DNA of 64,000 nt, from positions 10,633-74,632 of IMG/VR virus record IMGVR_UViG_3300020406_000005. One strand, 5' to 3'. Position numbers and translations under genes: made by a program. Under the pieces are notes generated by a model, which saw nothing but the letters and a program-made list of their open reading frames with translations, searched no databases and was not told where the DNA came from. The stretch's first letter is position 1; every line of letters begins with the position of its first letter. The DNA is from a virus. Positions 46,675-57,618 of this stretch are shown here, piece by piece.

Positions 46675-49181
46675 TCAGTTTCTCCTGTAGTGCCAATTCC
46701 AGCTGTAGTTAGGGCCGAAGTTTTGAGATTTTGAGTTTTTCCAGTGGCTCCAGATTTAATGTTTGGCTGTGTATCAGATTCCGGGAAACTGTTGAAATAT
46801 AACTGAAGAGTGGTATCTAATCTGCCTGATTCAAATTTTGTGGTGACCGGGCCGACAACATAGTAGCCGCCAAACCCTAATCTGCGCGCGGCTGAGGATG
46901 TTGCTCGGGGATCGCCAAATCCTAAAGTGTCAGGGTTTATGTAAACACAGCAACTAGGAAAAAATAAATTATTGCCCACCATCTCAACAGTTGCATTGTG
47001 GGCATACCTTAATTCATCATAAATTTTACCGTTTCTCGCGATCATATAAGCCTCTCGTGCAGGGGACGGAATTCTTGAAAAGTTAATGCTCTTTATAAGT
47101 CCCGTAGTCTGGTTTGCTCTTAAGTGGTATATGCCATTTTTACTATCTCTTTCCGTGTTTCCTGACCCGAGAGGACGAGTATACTTAGATGGTTTCTGAT
47201 GTATTATAAAAATTTGATCAGTCTTCTCCACTCCGGATTGACTAGCCATTTGTATTGGCGATGGAATATCTGCGACTGATATCGTTCCTTTTTTTATCAC
47301 TGAACGGTTGGTTTTTCTAGCGCTATAAGTTGTGGTTGTGAAAGTTATATGATTTATAAAATCAGCATTTGGCAATTCATTAAATGATCTTGTTAACAAC
47401 TTGGGGACCATCGAAGTGAGAAAGTCGTACATATCGTAAAAGGACCTCCGATCCTTTACCATTTCTTCAAAAATGACTGTATATAAAGTATCGATTGTAA
47501 TCGGTATATCTGCAATATTAAGGTTTCTCTCTTCCGGATACAGCGTGTCTTCTTCTTTTCTAACATATATGACGTCAGACATAAAAACGTTAAACCTTTT
47601 TATATCCAACAATAAAGCACCTATTCTCTTTTTAACCTTTTCTTTTATCGGCGTTGCCAGCATCTTGTCTGACTCTACTCTTTTTAATGTCCTCCTAATG
47701 TCGTCTCCAATTTTTTTAAAATATGATTCTAGAAAGTCTCCAAGCGTAAAGTAAGAAATATAGCTCAATGAAACAAAGCGGAAGGGATTAAAATTTAATT
47801 CTTTAACCTTTTTTGGTGTTAACTTTTTTAAGTCTAAATTAGAGATTTCTAATAACTGGTCACTCAGCTGTCCAGAGAGCAGATCGTCCCCGAGTTGGCG
47901 CATAGAAATAAGCATAGCGGCGTCTGTGGTACTATCCAAGTCGGTTAAGTCATATTGGGATCGAAGTATTGTTTTATCACGCCGAGTTGAAACATCATTT
48001 GTTGGAGATAAGTGTATTTTTCCAGTTGTGTATAAGTTATTTATCAAATCCTTAAAAGCAGAAGTAATATCTTTTGTTGTTGGGAGTAAAACTTCCTCCT
48101 TCTTGGTACTTTTGGCCTTATTCTCGGCTTCTTTCCTAGCAACTGATCTTAATTCTCCAATGTCCTTAATGTTTTCGACAGGTTTCTTAGTTTCACCACC
48201 AGTCTTAGCTTTCTGTAGTCTTGCTTTCTGTGCAACGTTAGCTACTAAATCATACTGAGATTCCCCTTTTAGTGCTTCTAAGAATCCAGTGTATTTTATA
48301 CTTATCGTAGCAGACCCATCTTGCTGCATGTTCAGGTCGTGCGTACTATAGAATAAGTTTATTGTTTGAAATGTGCTTCTAATAGCCTCTATCTCATCCG
48401 CTGTAAATACATCTGTTCTATGATCAGAATATCCCAGTGTTGCAGCAATTCTGCAACTTTTGCCATTTTCTAGAGCGTTTCCTGAGCTGGTCTTGCCTGT
48501 ACCGGGAATCCTTTCTCCATCAGCAATCCGGATTGTAAATAAATCTGCGATGGGAGCGTATTCACCTTCAAAGCCCCGGGGCTCATCAAATATCATTGAA
48601 ATATTGTCAACTTTTACATTTAAAGTGGCTTCTAAAAACCCCCTACTTGCTTGAAATGGGTTCTTGCCCGTAAAAGTAACCGAAAAGCTCTCAATTGCTG
48701 CTGCGTTTGCAGTAAACGATTTTGATAAATCAATTTGATTATTAGCCAGAAAGTTATAGTCTGTAGACACCGGAAAATAAAAAGGCTTTGCTACCCCTAA
48801 TTCTTCGCTAATCTTATATAATCTAAGCTCTGGTGTCAGAGCACTAATTTTTTGATTATCCATATTTAGAAAAAATCTACTAACTTTTTCAGGATCAGTA
48901 TCACCAACTAAAATTTTAGATATTATGGCTTCAGGCAAATAAGCACCTTTAATTTTAGCCAATCTAGCGTAAGTCTTAGACGGAGGGGACATTCTCGATA
49001 TTTTTATTCTCTTATCAAAAACACCAAATGGTTCCGCGGGTGATTCCGGACCGTCCTTAGGAGTATCAAATGTTAAAAAATTAACTAAATAAGCCTGAGG
49101 GTATAAAACAAAAGAAGGATCTTCTCTTCCTCCGTCGCCTGAAATAAATTTGTCTTGACTGCTATCGTACTCATTGCTCAT
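46671..49181 (-). CDS. putative baseplate hub / tail-associated protein
   Basis: Position; C-terminal ATVEMVGN...GGYYVV...TTL hub-like pattern. Confidence 0.55.
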   Translation of the reverse strand: MSNEYDSSQDKFISGDGGREDPSFVLYPQAYLVNFLTFDTPKDGPESPAEPFGVFDKRIKISRMSPPSKTYARLAKIKGAYLPEAIISKILVGDTDPEKVSRFFLNMDNQKISALTPELRLYKISEELGVAKPFYFPVSTDYNFLANNQIDLSKSFTANAAAIESFSVTFTGKNPFQASRGFLEATLNVKVDNISMIFDEPRGFEGEYAPIADLFTIRIADGERIPGTGKTSSGNALENGKSCRIAATLGYSDHRTDVFTADEIEAIRSTFQTINLFYSTHDLNMQQDGSATISIKYTGFLEALKGESQYDLVANVAQKARLQKAKTGGETKKPVENIKDIGELRSVARKEAENKAKSTKKEEVLLPTTKDITSAFKDLINNLYTTGKIHLSPTNDVSTRRDKTILRSQYDLTDLDSTTDAAMLISMRQLGDDLLSGQLSDQLLEISNLDLKKLTPKKVKELNFNPFRFVSLSYISYFTLGDFLESYFKKIGDDIRRTLKRVESDKMLATPIKEKVKKRIGALLLDIKRFNVFMSDVIYVRKEEDTLYPEERNLNIADIPITIDTLYTVIFEEMVKDRRSFYDMYDFLTSMVPKLLTRSFNELPNADFINHITFTTTTYSARKTNRSVIKKGTISVADIPSPIQMASQSGVEKTDQIFIIHQKPSKYTRPLGSGNTERDSKNGIYHLRANQTTGLIKSINFSRIPSPAREAYMIARNGKIYDELRYAHNATVEMVGNNLFFPSCCVYINPDTLGFGDPRATSSAARRLGFGGYYVVGPVTTKFESGRLDTTLQLYFNSFPESDTQPNIKSGATGKTQNLKTSALTTAGIGTTGETE

Positions 49182-49531
49182 ATGTTTATCCTTTCATATG
49201 CCTGCAAAAGCGCCTCTTGCAGGGGATGGGGAATTACAATTATATCTCCAAGATTACAATGTAAATCTGTAGGTTTGCCGTTGAACCAGGCAAGGACCCA
49301 CCACAGTCTTGCATCGCCGTATTCTTTAAAGGCTATTTTGCTCAAGCTATCGCCGCTAGCGAAAGTGTGTTTTGAAAGTGATAGTTTTTTCAAAAAACTA
49401 TCATTTATTGGATCTCCGTACAATATTAAACTAAGGTGATCTACTTTCTGCAATCCTGTTTTATCAAAAAATTTTTGATATATTTTGTCTCCATTTTCTA
49501 AGATGACTGAATTTTGAGTCCATTTTGACAT
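49178..49531 (-). CDS. LysM-like baseplate wedge protein (gp53/gpX-like)
   Basis: GDSLSKIAFKEYGDARLWWVLAWFN...GDIIVIP. Confidence 0.8.
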   Translation of the reverse strand: MSKWTQNSVILENGDKIYQKFFDKTGLQKVDHLSLILYGDPINDSFLKKLSLSKHTFASGDSLSKIAFKEYGDARLWWVLAWFNGKPTDLHCNLGDIIVIPHPLQEALLQAYERINI

Positions 49532-49565
49532 TTATTATAACCTCTTATGTTAAAAAAATCAAGCA

Positions 49566-50201
49566 TTATCCTTCAAGGGGGTCGGAACCCGGCTCTCTAG
49601 GGACAAGTACGGCGTTGCGCATATTATAGGGAAAGTTTTCATCCAAGGAGACACCATTAGTATCAAACCCTAGAGCATTTTCGTGCAAAGGCTCAAATAC
49701 AAAGCTCATTGAATAGCTTAAAGGTATCATATCTCCACTTGCGCCGAAAAAATGCCCTGCCTCAAATTTTGGTTTAAAAGTAACGCCCTGTATGCACCCA
49801 AGGAGGCCCACATTATTAACTTTTGACTGTATGTAGTTTGCGTATTTAATCCTTAAAAGAGGTGCAGCCTTTATCGTTCTAGATTTAGGGTTCGGGCCTA
49901 CTGGGTCACTATAAGACGGGTACATCATCTGAATTAAAGTAGAATAGTTTCTAAAATTTTCTAGCGCTACTTCCTCATTCCTTCCTAATATATCGAAACT
50001 TGCTTGAATTCTTCTGCCAGTAGAAACATAATTTTTGATAGGATCAATTCGGCCAAAAACTTGCTGGCTTCCCCACTGAACCTGGTAATCATCTGAAAAC
50101 TGCGTTATAAAGGCCGGAAACTGAACAGACGTATTTGAGGCAACGCCTGTAAATTTTATCATTTGCCCAGATCTGCGGGCTATTTCATCAAAAAATGGCA
50201 T
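49566..50201 (-). CDS. tail tube initiator / baseplate protein
   Basis: FSDDY...W...GRIDPI..Y..TGR; follows tape measure. Confidence 0.65.
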   Translation of the reverse strand: MPFFDEIARRSGQMIKFTGVASNTSVQFPAFITQFSDDYQVQWGSQQVFGRIDPIKNYVSTGRRIQASFDILGRNEEVALENFRNYSTLIQMMYPSYSDPVGPNPKSRTIKAAPLLRIKYANYIQSKVNNVGLLGCIQGVTFKPKFEAGHFFGASGDMIPLSYSMSFVFEPLHENALGFDTNGVSLDENFPYNMRNAVLVPREPGSDPLEG

Positions 50202-50221
50202 TTCATAAAACTCCTAATTTA

Positions 50222-52315
50222 TTAATCTCCAGCTATCTTGCCTAGGCTGTTTTCGACTCTGTTATCTATTTCCTGCTCTAATATTTTTGCAGGTATTCTT
50301 CTTTTTTCCCCGTCAACATTAACTTCTGCGACCAAATTTACTGAAACGTTGTTATTGTTTATGTTTTGCACCCTAAGAGGTATGCGAGATAAATTCATGT
50401 CCTCTATAGGCGTAAGCTCTTCTCGTAGTCTTCGCCTCTTCCCAACGTCTTCCCTTGTAACGTCAAAGTTAATGTCGTCAAGTGTTATTCCTGTGCCCTG
50501 CAGGGTCTCTTGCAGATCTGACTGAAAAGTTTTCAAATTCGTACGAACTTTTTTACCGGTATCGGGCTTTGGCAAGGCATATGCACCTTGTTTATTTCCC
50601 TCTTCGCCGCGTTTTATCAGCGATGCCTTAATTTTTGCCAGGGCAGCAGTGTCGTTGCTCATCCGGGCCTCAGTCAAGGCGCGCAGTGTGGTTCGATATG
50701 CAAATTCATTTACGTCTTTTATTCCAAGTAATCCAGATCGAGCCACAGGGCCCAGGTCTTTAAACAATTCTTGAACTAAAGAGTCTTCACTTCCTAATAG
50801 CATACCTCGATTCGCAATCTCAGTTATTGCTCTCCCGCGTTCCATGGTGCCTTCAGCAGTTAATGCGTTGGTCAAGAGTTCATTTAATTTACGAGGGTCA
50901 ACAGAACCATCCTGCGTGGCTTTTACAAGCCTTTCCAGCGTTCGAGGGTCAACAATATCTGGGCGGTCCATTGCCCGGGCAACCAAATCAGCTGACAAGC
51001 CTCTTCTCATAGGTCCGAATGTAGCCAATACTCCTGCAAGCTCTGGCAGTGTTCGTGCACGGTCGGCGCCGGTGATGTCGCCAGGAGCGAGTCCTTCAAG
51101 CAAACGTTCCCGGCGTGCACGAAAAGCCCTTGCATCGTCCGAGTCAAATCTTTGAATGATCTCATCAGATGCTATTTTAAAAGCTTTGACTAAATCGTCG
51201 GTGCTCATCTCTAGCTGCTTGAATTTTTCAGCTGAAGCTCCAGTAACATTTCGGTCTACAGCTTCGCCAATCTTATCCTTTACAGAAGCATCACCGGTCA
51301 TAAGAAACCTTCTTGCTGTGTCTCTATCGAAGCCTGGTAGTGCTTCAACCACTGATGCGAGTGCAAATTTTCCAGCTGCCGAACCTGACTTAATATCTCC
51401 CATAATTGCAGGATCAGTAATAATTGCTTCTCTTATTTTTTCTGCCCGGGTTGCGTCGTCCATCATTAAAAGCTCTGTAGCAGAAAAAGCATTTCTGCCC
51501 AAAAGCTGGTTTATTGAGGCAGCTGCTGACGAGGCACCCTGGATTGTGTCCATTCTCGCGCCGAAGCCGGAACTGAGGTCGCCAACAGATATACCTGTTT
51601 GAAGAGAAAGTTTCTGAAACTTGACAAATTGATCTTTTATTGTTGTAAAGTCATATGCTAAATTCTTAGTAAGAAGTTGAAAGTTTCTAGAAACCTCTTC
51701 TGGTGCCATCTTTAAACTATTAGCCATATCTTTAATTGCAAAATTAAAAGACCGGACTTGCTTTTCATTTAAGGCAAAAGAAAATATTGCAGAATCAACA
51801 TTTTTAGCAAACGAGCCCACACTCAAGCCCAGTTGCTCTAGCGTAGCTGCTTGAGCTGCTAGTTGTGATGTTAGTGTTTCAGTCTGACCAGTAAGTGTGC
51901 CAGTTACCTTTAAATTGGCACCCGAAATTTGATTGAAAAAAGCGAATCTTTCAGATAGTGCTTTGTATGCTGCGGCTCCGGCTTTGGCGTTACCAGTTAA
52001 AATTTCTAAGTTTTGTGCTGCGCCCGAGATTCCCTCAAGTATAGAAGGCTCAAAAGCAATGCTACCAAAGGCACCCTGTAGTTCATTTGCTGCGTCCTGA
52101 GTGGCTTTGAGTTTTTCCGTTAATCTAGCTGCCTCATCGGTTACACCGCCTAAGTTATCTCTAAAATCTTTGCTGCCGACAGGAGCAGTCGTAAACCGAT
52201 TTTTCTGAGATTCTACACGATTATACAGGTTTGCAAATAACTTTTTGCTAGCTTCAGATAAAGTATCCCACTCTGCCCTATCTATGCCCAGTCCTGGTGG
52301 TAAAGGTGTTGCCAT
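50222..52315 (-). CDS. tape measure protein (putative)
   Basis: Ala/Leu-rich helical protein after tube and chaperone genes. Confidence 0.65.
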   Translation of the reverse strand: MATPLPPGLGIDRAEWDTLSEASKKLFANLYNRVESQKNRFTTAPVGSKDFRDNLGGVTDEAARLTEKLKATQDAANELQGAFGSIAFEPSILEGISGAAQNLEILTGNAKAGAAAYKALSERFAFFNQISGANLKVTGTLTGQTETLTSQLAAQAATLEQLGLSVGSFAKNVDSAIFSFALNEKQVRSFNFAIKDMANSLKMAPEEVSRNFQLLTKNLAYDFTTIKDQFVKFQKLSLQTGISVGDLSSGFGARMDTIQGASSAAASINQLLGRNAFSATELLMMDDATRAEKIREAIITDPAIMGDIKSGSAAGKFALASVVEALPGFDRDTARRFLMTGDASVKDKIGEAVDRNVTGASAEKFKQLEMSTDDLVKAFKIASDEIIQRFDSDDARAFRARRERLLEGLAPGDITGADRARTLPELAGVLATFGPMRRGLSADLVARAMDRPDIVDPRTLERLVKATQDGSVDPRKLNELLTNALTAEGTMERGRAITEIANRGMLLGSEDSLVQELFKDLGPVARSGLLGIKDVNEFAYRTTLRALTEARMSNDTAALAKIKASLIKRGEEGNKQGAYALPKPDTGKKVRTNLKTFQSDLQETLQGTGITLDDINFDVTREDVGKRRRLREELTPIEDMNLSRIPLRVQNINNNNVSVNLVAEVNVDGEKRRIPAKILEQEIDNRVENSLGKIAGD

Positions 52316-52371
52316 ATTTAAAAATCCGCCTGTTTTGGTGTCTTATACTTTAAATAGAAAAAAAAATATTT

Positions 52372-52527
52372 TTATTCACTAGGTTGGAGGTACTTAATTA
52401 GTCTTTCTACAAACCAAGAGCGTAATTTTATAGGAAGGTTGTATGCTTCGGTAAAAGAAAAGTTGTTTTCTCTCATCAGGAAAAATATTTGTTCATATGT
52501 GACTTTTTCAATATATTCAAAAGTCAA
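52372..52527 (-). CDS. tail chaperone second part (gp51/GT-like), possibly expressed by frameshift
   Basis: 51-codon frame LTFEYIEKVTYEQIFFLMRENNFSFTEAYNLPIKLRSWFVERL... overlapping upstream stop. Confidence 0.6.
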   Translation of the reverse strand: MTFEYIEKVTYEQIFFLMRENNFSFTEAYNLPIKLRSWFVERLIKYLQPSE

Positions 52528-53413
52528 CGCGAAAAAAGGCCCACGAAAGGGGCACCTCCTTTTCGCTCGGAGTCCCGCACTCTGAGCATTCTACCGTTTG
52601 AAGAGTAGAGATTCTAGGGTAAACATCTTCGAAAAAATTTAAAATAACCTTGGCATCAGCAGCTGGTAGTACTTCTACCAATTTAGATATCATACTTCGG
52701 TCATCAATATCATTAGCTATAATTATCATTCTGCTTAACTTTGATATTGTTAGGTTAAAGTCTATGCCTAATTCTTTTTTCTTAGCTTTTTCTTCATTAA
52801 TTGATTTAAGGTCAGAATCATTTATGTTTCTAATTTTAACATTTATTTTAGAAACTGGCAACTCTAAAGTAAAGCAGTTCGTTTCCTCGTCGAACAAAAA
52901 CTCTGTCTCTGGTTCGACTATTTCTGTTTTGCTTAGGTTAAATTCAAATTTAGTTGACTTTTTACAATTTTCACAATATGCGCTAGCTGCATATACCTCT
53001 CCATACCCTGTAGCACGGGCCCGAAGTAAAATTGCCAACTTATCTTGTTCCAATAAGTTTTCTGCTTTAAGATTTTTATTAGTTAAAATTCCGTCTATTA
53101 ATGTGTTGAATATATTTTGTTCATTGTTTTCACTTAAAGTTGATAACAAATCTTCTTCCCTAGCAGTCATATGCTTTATTTCAACCTTGCTAAGCCCATG
53201 GAAAGGGTTAGATTTTGGATAAAATTTGCCACCAGATGGTAAAAGCACATCTTCTGTTGGAGTAACGAATGATAGTCCAAAAGGGTTATTGTTATTAGTC
53301 GGGACAGTAGGCGCCTGGGGTGGAGGCGCTGGTGGTGGTCCCGGTGGGTTTTGACTATTGGGATTGTACTTTGGCTGTGGCTTTCTGTTTAGTTTCCTAG
53401 AATTTCTTGACAT
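52517..53413 (-). CDS. tail assembly chaperone / T4 gp26-like
   Basis: LPSGG, MTAREEDLL, D...R...YG, CENC, CSEC, terminal FF. Confidence 0.75.
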   Translation of the reverse strand: MSRNSRKLNRKPQPKYNPNSQNPPGPPPAPPPQAPTVPTNNNNPFGLSFVTPTEDVLLPSGGKFYPKSNPFHGLSKVEIKHMTAREEDLLSTLSENNEQNIFNTLIDGILTNKNLKAENLLEQDKLAILLRARATGYGEVYAASAYCENCKKSTKFEFNLSKTEIVEPETEFLFDEETNCFTLELPVSKINVKIRNINDSDLKSINEEKAKKKELGIDFNLTISKLSRMIIIANDIDDRSMISKLVEVLPAADAKVILNFFEDVYPRISTLQTVECSECGTPSEKEVPLSWAFFRVDF

Positions 53414-53498
53414 TCTTTCTCGCTTTCGAATTTATTAGTTGAGTAATTTAACTAATGTTCTTTTATTATACCATTTTATTATACTTTGTTTAAAAATA

Positions 53499-54080
53499 TT
53501 ATTCCTGGTTTCCAGATCTCCAACCGAGGCCAGCGCCTGGGGATACTCCTATTTCGTTGAGAGTCGCCCAGTCATACTTGAGTGAAATCTGTATATTTAA
53601 GAGGTCATCAGAACTATAGTCCAAAGTATCAAAATTTACAGATGTAATTTGTGGATTTTTCAATATCCAAGACTCTAGAACGTCTTGGGCCCCGCCAGAG
53701 CCGATTGTGTCTATCTGGACAACTGGCCCCAGAGAGTTCACCATATCTTCTTTAGTAATTGTTCGCTTTCCGGTTCCATCTTCTCTGTTTACGTCAGTAG
53801 GCAAAACGTAACCAGCGCTTCCTAAAATATTGTACAAAGTTGCTGTTGAGTCTGGCTGAATCGGGTCAACTATTGTAATATTAACATCCTGCCACGTAAC
53901 TCTTCCCGGGAAATTAAAATTATGCTGCAAGAAGCTATGAGCAGCAGTTCCCACCTGAAACGATGGCTTGCTAACTGTCTTTGCTATAAACTGTGGCATG
54001 CCTGCAAAATACAGAAGATATCTAAATTTTCTTTTTGGCTCTAAATTAGGTTCGCTCCAAAAATTATATGTTGTTGTCAT
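53499..54080 (-). CDS. tail tube protein (gp19-like)
   Basis: EPKRKFR, PGRVTWQDV, W.L...I..V.F..LDY, LKYDWA. Confidence 0.85.
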   Translation of the reverse strand: MTTTYNFWSEPNLEPKRKFRYLLYFAGMPQFIAKTVSKPSFQVGTAAHSFLQHNFNFPGRVTWQDVNITIVDPIQPDSTATLYNILGSAGYVLPTDVNREDGTGKRTITKEDMVNSLGPVVQIDTIGSGGAQDVLESWILKNPQITSVNFDTLDYSSDDLLNIQISLKYDWATLNEIGVSPGAGLGWRSGNQE

Positions 54081-54120
54081 TGTAAGTACACTCCTACTAA
54101 TATATAGTTGTCAAAAATTT

Positions 54121-57100
54121 TTATTCAAGCGGATCTGCGAAACTCGCGCCGCTTCTTGTTATAACAAAATCAACTGCAATAAACTCAATTGATCTCGCTG
54201 GCTTAAGAAAAATTTTCGCATACATAATATTTCTATCTACGAGATCTGGTGTTGTTGTTGTACTGTCCAAAACAACCTTAAAGTCTGTTAAGCCAAACCT
54301 AACTTTTACACTTTCCAAGAATGGACGAACTTGGCCATGGAATCTTGTCCAGGTAGCTTGGATATTTTGCTCAAATAAGAGGTTTCTAGATATTCTCGAA
54401 ACTTCTTTCTTTACAAAAATTAACAACCTTCTAACATTAATTCTATCAAGCGCTGATTGTGTCGATTGTAGTGTTTTTTGGCCAAAGACCACAATACCCT
54501 CTGAAACAAAAGAGGCGATAGGGTTAATGTTTGCCTGATAAAGTGTGTCTCTGTCTTTTGACAAGAGCTGTTCTGTAACGCTCAGTACTGGAACGCCGGC
54601 GTTGCCTTGGTTTAGGCCGCCGCGGTTGAAGCCTGCAGGCGCGAACCAAACTTCCGAATTTCTTTCAGTATTAGCCATCACTCCAAGTGCAACCACTGAA
54701 GGTGGTGCCCAAAGGTCGCGTCCTCGTGATGTATCTTTTATTTTTACCCAAGGGTAATAAGCTGCACCGTATGAAGAATTCAGCTGACGCTCTACCAAGG
54801 CTTGTGAAGCTTGCTCAGGAGTAACAGTGAGTCTTTCCTGGAAGGTGTCGTACTTCTTTTGCGAAGGTGGTACGTATACACCTGGTAAGTCTATAATTGC
54901 TAAAGAATCTGCTCGGGCTTCGCATGTATCTACAAGTTTAGTAGTCAACACAGTGTTTGAAATACCTGGCATCACTGCCAAGTTATGTTCAGTTGCTTCA
55001 GGATCTTTTATCAATTCGATTGCTCGGTCGATCGAAGCAAAAGCGTAAGATAGTGCAGTGCTATTTGCACTAAGCACAGACTCATTAAAAGGATCTGACT
55101 CAGTGATGTCTAGGCCGTCGTGGCCACCGTCGAGTGGCATGTGGAAACCACCAACAATATCTAGCAATGTTCTCAGGGAAGTTCCAGCAGAACCAGTAGA
55201 AACATGAGCCGAATAGCTTCTGTCCAGTGAACTAGATAATGCATTCTTTGATCCTGACTTATAAACTACCTTTGAGACATCTCCTGTGCCTGCTATAGAA
55301 CCTGTTGAAGCAAGTCCGGGCCTGGGAGCTAGAATAACATCGTCCAAAGTAAACTTAAAACTGTATTCTGTTTTCCCGGCTGTTATAAAGCCAGAATCCT
55401 GATCCCCGACAAATGCTGACGTCGCCTGTGCAGACATTCTCCTTAGAAAGTCGACATATCCTGGGTAGACGGTCGAGCCATCTGTAGATTCACCTTCGCT
55501 GCCGTAAGACAGCGTATATGGAGAGACACCCATAAAATAATTGTTTCCGGCTGATGATGTATTAATTAAAGGCATCGAGGGCCATTTAAGATTAACGGTT
55601 GCGCCCGTCAAAGCAATACCATTAACTTTAACTGATCCATGAGCCCAGTCACTTGCAGAAGCTGTGATGAATTCAGTCCCTGTGTGACCCAGATTGCCGG
55701 TGCGTGCAGCGGCATTAGCGACTATGTTCGATGCATCAGCACTGGTGGCGACTGAATCTGCGATGGGACCCTTATAAGTCTGAGTGATTGTAATTTTATG
55801 GTCGGATCCGTCGTCAACGGGGTCTCCAATAGACAGCTTTAGATCAGCGCGGTTTGTTGGCGTCGTAACCAACAGAGCATCTCTAATTGCTGTCGCGAGT
55901 GCCAAGGATCCCGTAACTCCCGCAATACCAATTTTCGGTGCGCCGGCGTTGGAGCCGACAGAGCCTGTCGCAAGGCCATTGTCAAAAGTATATTGTATTG
56001 CTGTCCCATCTGTATCTTTTATTGTTATTGTATTAGCGTGAACCGCAGCGCCCGCTGGACCATCTACTTTTACAGTAAGAGTTCCTTGAGCAGTAACTGC
56101 GCCTTGCAATTCTGTTTGCAATCCAATCGTTGCTGGTCGAACTGGCCCGAAGAATCCAAAAGGCACCTGCTCTTTGCTGACCATGGCACCATTGATGATA
56201 TCCGAATTCATCTCAACCCGAATGTATTGTGATTTATTTGGAAATTCTCCATATGTCTTGTTTCTTTTTTCGCGAGAATTCCATTCAGTAATTTGATCGC
56301 CTATTCTTCTTGCAATAAAATTTTCTGAAGAGGGGTCAAAATTTAAGTTTGAAAACCTCTCTAGATCAACGATGTCTCGTCGACCTATTTGTCTGACAAC
56401 GAGTGCAAAGGAGCCGTATTCTTCTGCAGAGCCTTCTCGCGGAACCTGAATGTCTTCTATTCCAATTATTAACTCTTTGGAAGATTGCTGGCCTTCGTGA
56501 AGAGCGATAACTCTAAACAATTTTTGCTGATTGTCAACTGAGAAGGTTGTATTGTTGTTCGTTGTATCTTGTCCAAATATCCAGCCAGTTCTTGCAGCGG
56601 TTGCACCGTGCTTGCTGCTTCGAAAATCGCTCATACCGGCGGGGCCCGAAGCGAGCTTGACTATAAAAGCAGACTTTTTCCCGTCGCTGGTGAGGGTTTT
56701 ATCAAATTTTGAAAATGTTTGCTCAAAAGTTTCACCAAGCCAATATTTATCGGCAAGAGTTCCCGTAATAACATTTGAAATTCGCATATTAGTTGCAACT
56801 GGATTAGTATTTAAGTCTTTTCTTATATTTGCAAAAAGAGTCTTTTTCGATGTGGTGCCAGTTGAAGCACTAAGATTAATTTCTAGTTGATCGTTACTGG
56901 CAAAATTTACAACGCTTCCAATAACTCCTCCAGTAGCGGTTTCCTGACTTCCAGAAACTTCAGTACCTGATAATTTAACTCCAAAGTCGTCTTCTATTCC
57001 GTAAAATATCGCGGCAAGCTCTGCATCAGTTGAGCCTGTATTTGATATAGAGGTGCTTGGATCGTCTATTAAAAACAGGCCATATGCATTTTTAGTCTCC

Positions 57101-57474
57101 CACCCAGGTTCTCCAGCTGTGTCAGGAGCAGCATCATCACCGGGTATACCCAATAATCTCACTATAGTAACTGGAGAATCTGTTCCGTCTCCTGCCGTTA
57201 GATAAGCTCTAGCTGCATGCATTGCATGACTGTCCGACAGAATACTTGAGCCTTCCCTCCAAGGGTCTACTGAGCCTCCTGCAGGTGACTTACCAAAAAT
57301 TATTTCTAATTCTTCAAGAGATCTTACCTTTGTTGGCTTCAGGGCGGGGCCCTTAGTGGTCTTTCCTATAATTACCGGACCCAATGCTTCTCGGACAGAT
57401 GGTAGTTGTGAATTATCTATCTCTTTTAAGAAGACACCCGGTGAAACAAATCTAAACTTTCTAGATGATGACAT
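54121..57474 (-). CDS. contractile tail sheath protein
   Basis: FVSPGV, YYPW, WFAPAGFNRG, INPI, GQKTLQ, DRINVRRL, FEQN. Confidence 0.95.
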   Translation of the reverse strand: MSSSRKFRFVSPGVFLKEIDNSQLPSVREALGPVIIGKTTKGPALKPTKVRSLEELEIIFGKSPAGGSVDPWREGSSILSDSHAMHAARAYLTAGDGTDSPVTIVRLLGIPGDDAAPDTAGEPGWETKNAYGLFLIDDPSTSISNTGSTDAELAAIFYGIEDDFGVKLSGTEVSGSQETATGGVIGSVVNFASNDQLEINLSASTGTTSKKTLFANIRKDLNTNPVATNMRISNVITGTLADKYWLGETFEQTFSKFDKTLTSDGKKSAFIVKLASGPAGMSDFRSSKHGATAARTGWIFGQDTTNNNTTFSVDNQQKLFRVIALHEGQQSSKELIIGIEDIQVPREGSAEEYGSFALVVRQIGRRDIVDLERFSNLNFDPSSENFIARRIGDQITEWNSREKRNKTYGEFPNKSQYIRVEMNSDIINGAMVSKEQVPFGFFGPVRPATIGLQTELQGAVTAQGTLTVKVDGPAGAAVHANTITIKDTDGTAIQYTFDNGLATGSVGSNAGAPKIGIAGVTGSLALATAIRDALLVTTPTNRADLKLSIGDPVDDGSDHKITITQTYKGPIADSVATSADASNIVANAAARTGNLGHTGTEFITASASDWAHGSVKVNGIALTGATVNLKWPSMPLINTSSAGNNYFMGVSPYTLSYGSEGESTDGSTVYPGYVDFLRRMSAQATSAFVGDQDSGFITAGKTEYSFKFTLDDVILAPRPGLASTGSIAGTGDVSKVVYKSGSKNALSSSLDRSYSAHVSTGSAGTSLRTLLDIVGGFHMPLDGGHDGLDITESDPFNESVLSANSTALSYAFASIDRAIELIKDPEATEHNLAVMPGISNTVLTTKLVDTCEARADSLAIIDLPGVYVPPSQKKYDTFQERLTVTPEQASQALVERQLNSSYGAAYYPWVKIKDTSRGRDLWAPPSVVALGVMANTERNSEVWFAPAGFNRGGLNQGNAGVPVLSVTEQLLSKDRDTLYQANINPIASFVSEGIVVFGQKTLQSTQSALDRINVRRLLIFVKKEVSRISRNLLFEQNIQATWTRFHGQVRPFLESVKVRFGLTDFKVVLDSTTTTPDLVDRNIMYAKIFLKPARSIEFIAVDFVITRSGASFADPLE

Positions 57475-57552
57475 GCTATTTTCTCCTTTCAGGGAACATT
57501 AAAATGTTATTTTACTTAATAAATAGTTTTTGCTTGTTCTAATGGAAAGAAG

Positions 57553-57582
57553 AAAAAGAAAAGCCCGCCAAAAAGGCGGGCT
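57553..57582 (-). terminator. intrinsic terminator
   Basis: AGCCCGCC/GGCGGGCT stem plus U-rich tail. Confidence 0.8.
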
Positions 57583-57618
57583 GAGGTGGGATTTTTAGTA
57601 AAATTGGAAGGATAAGTA

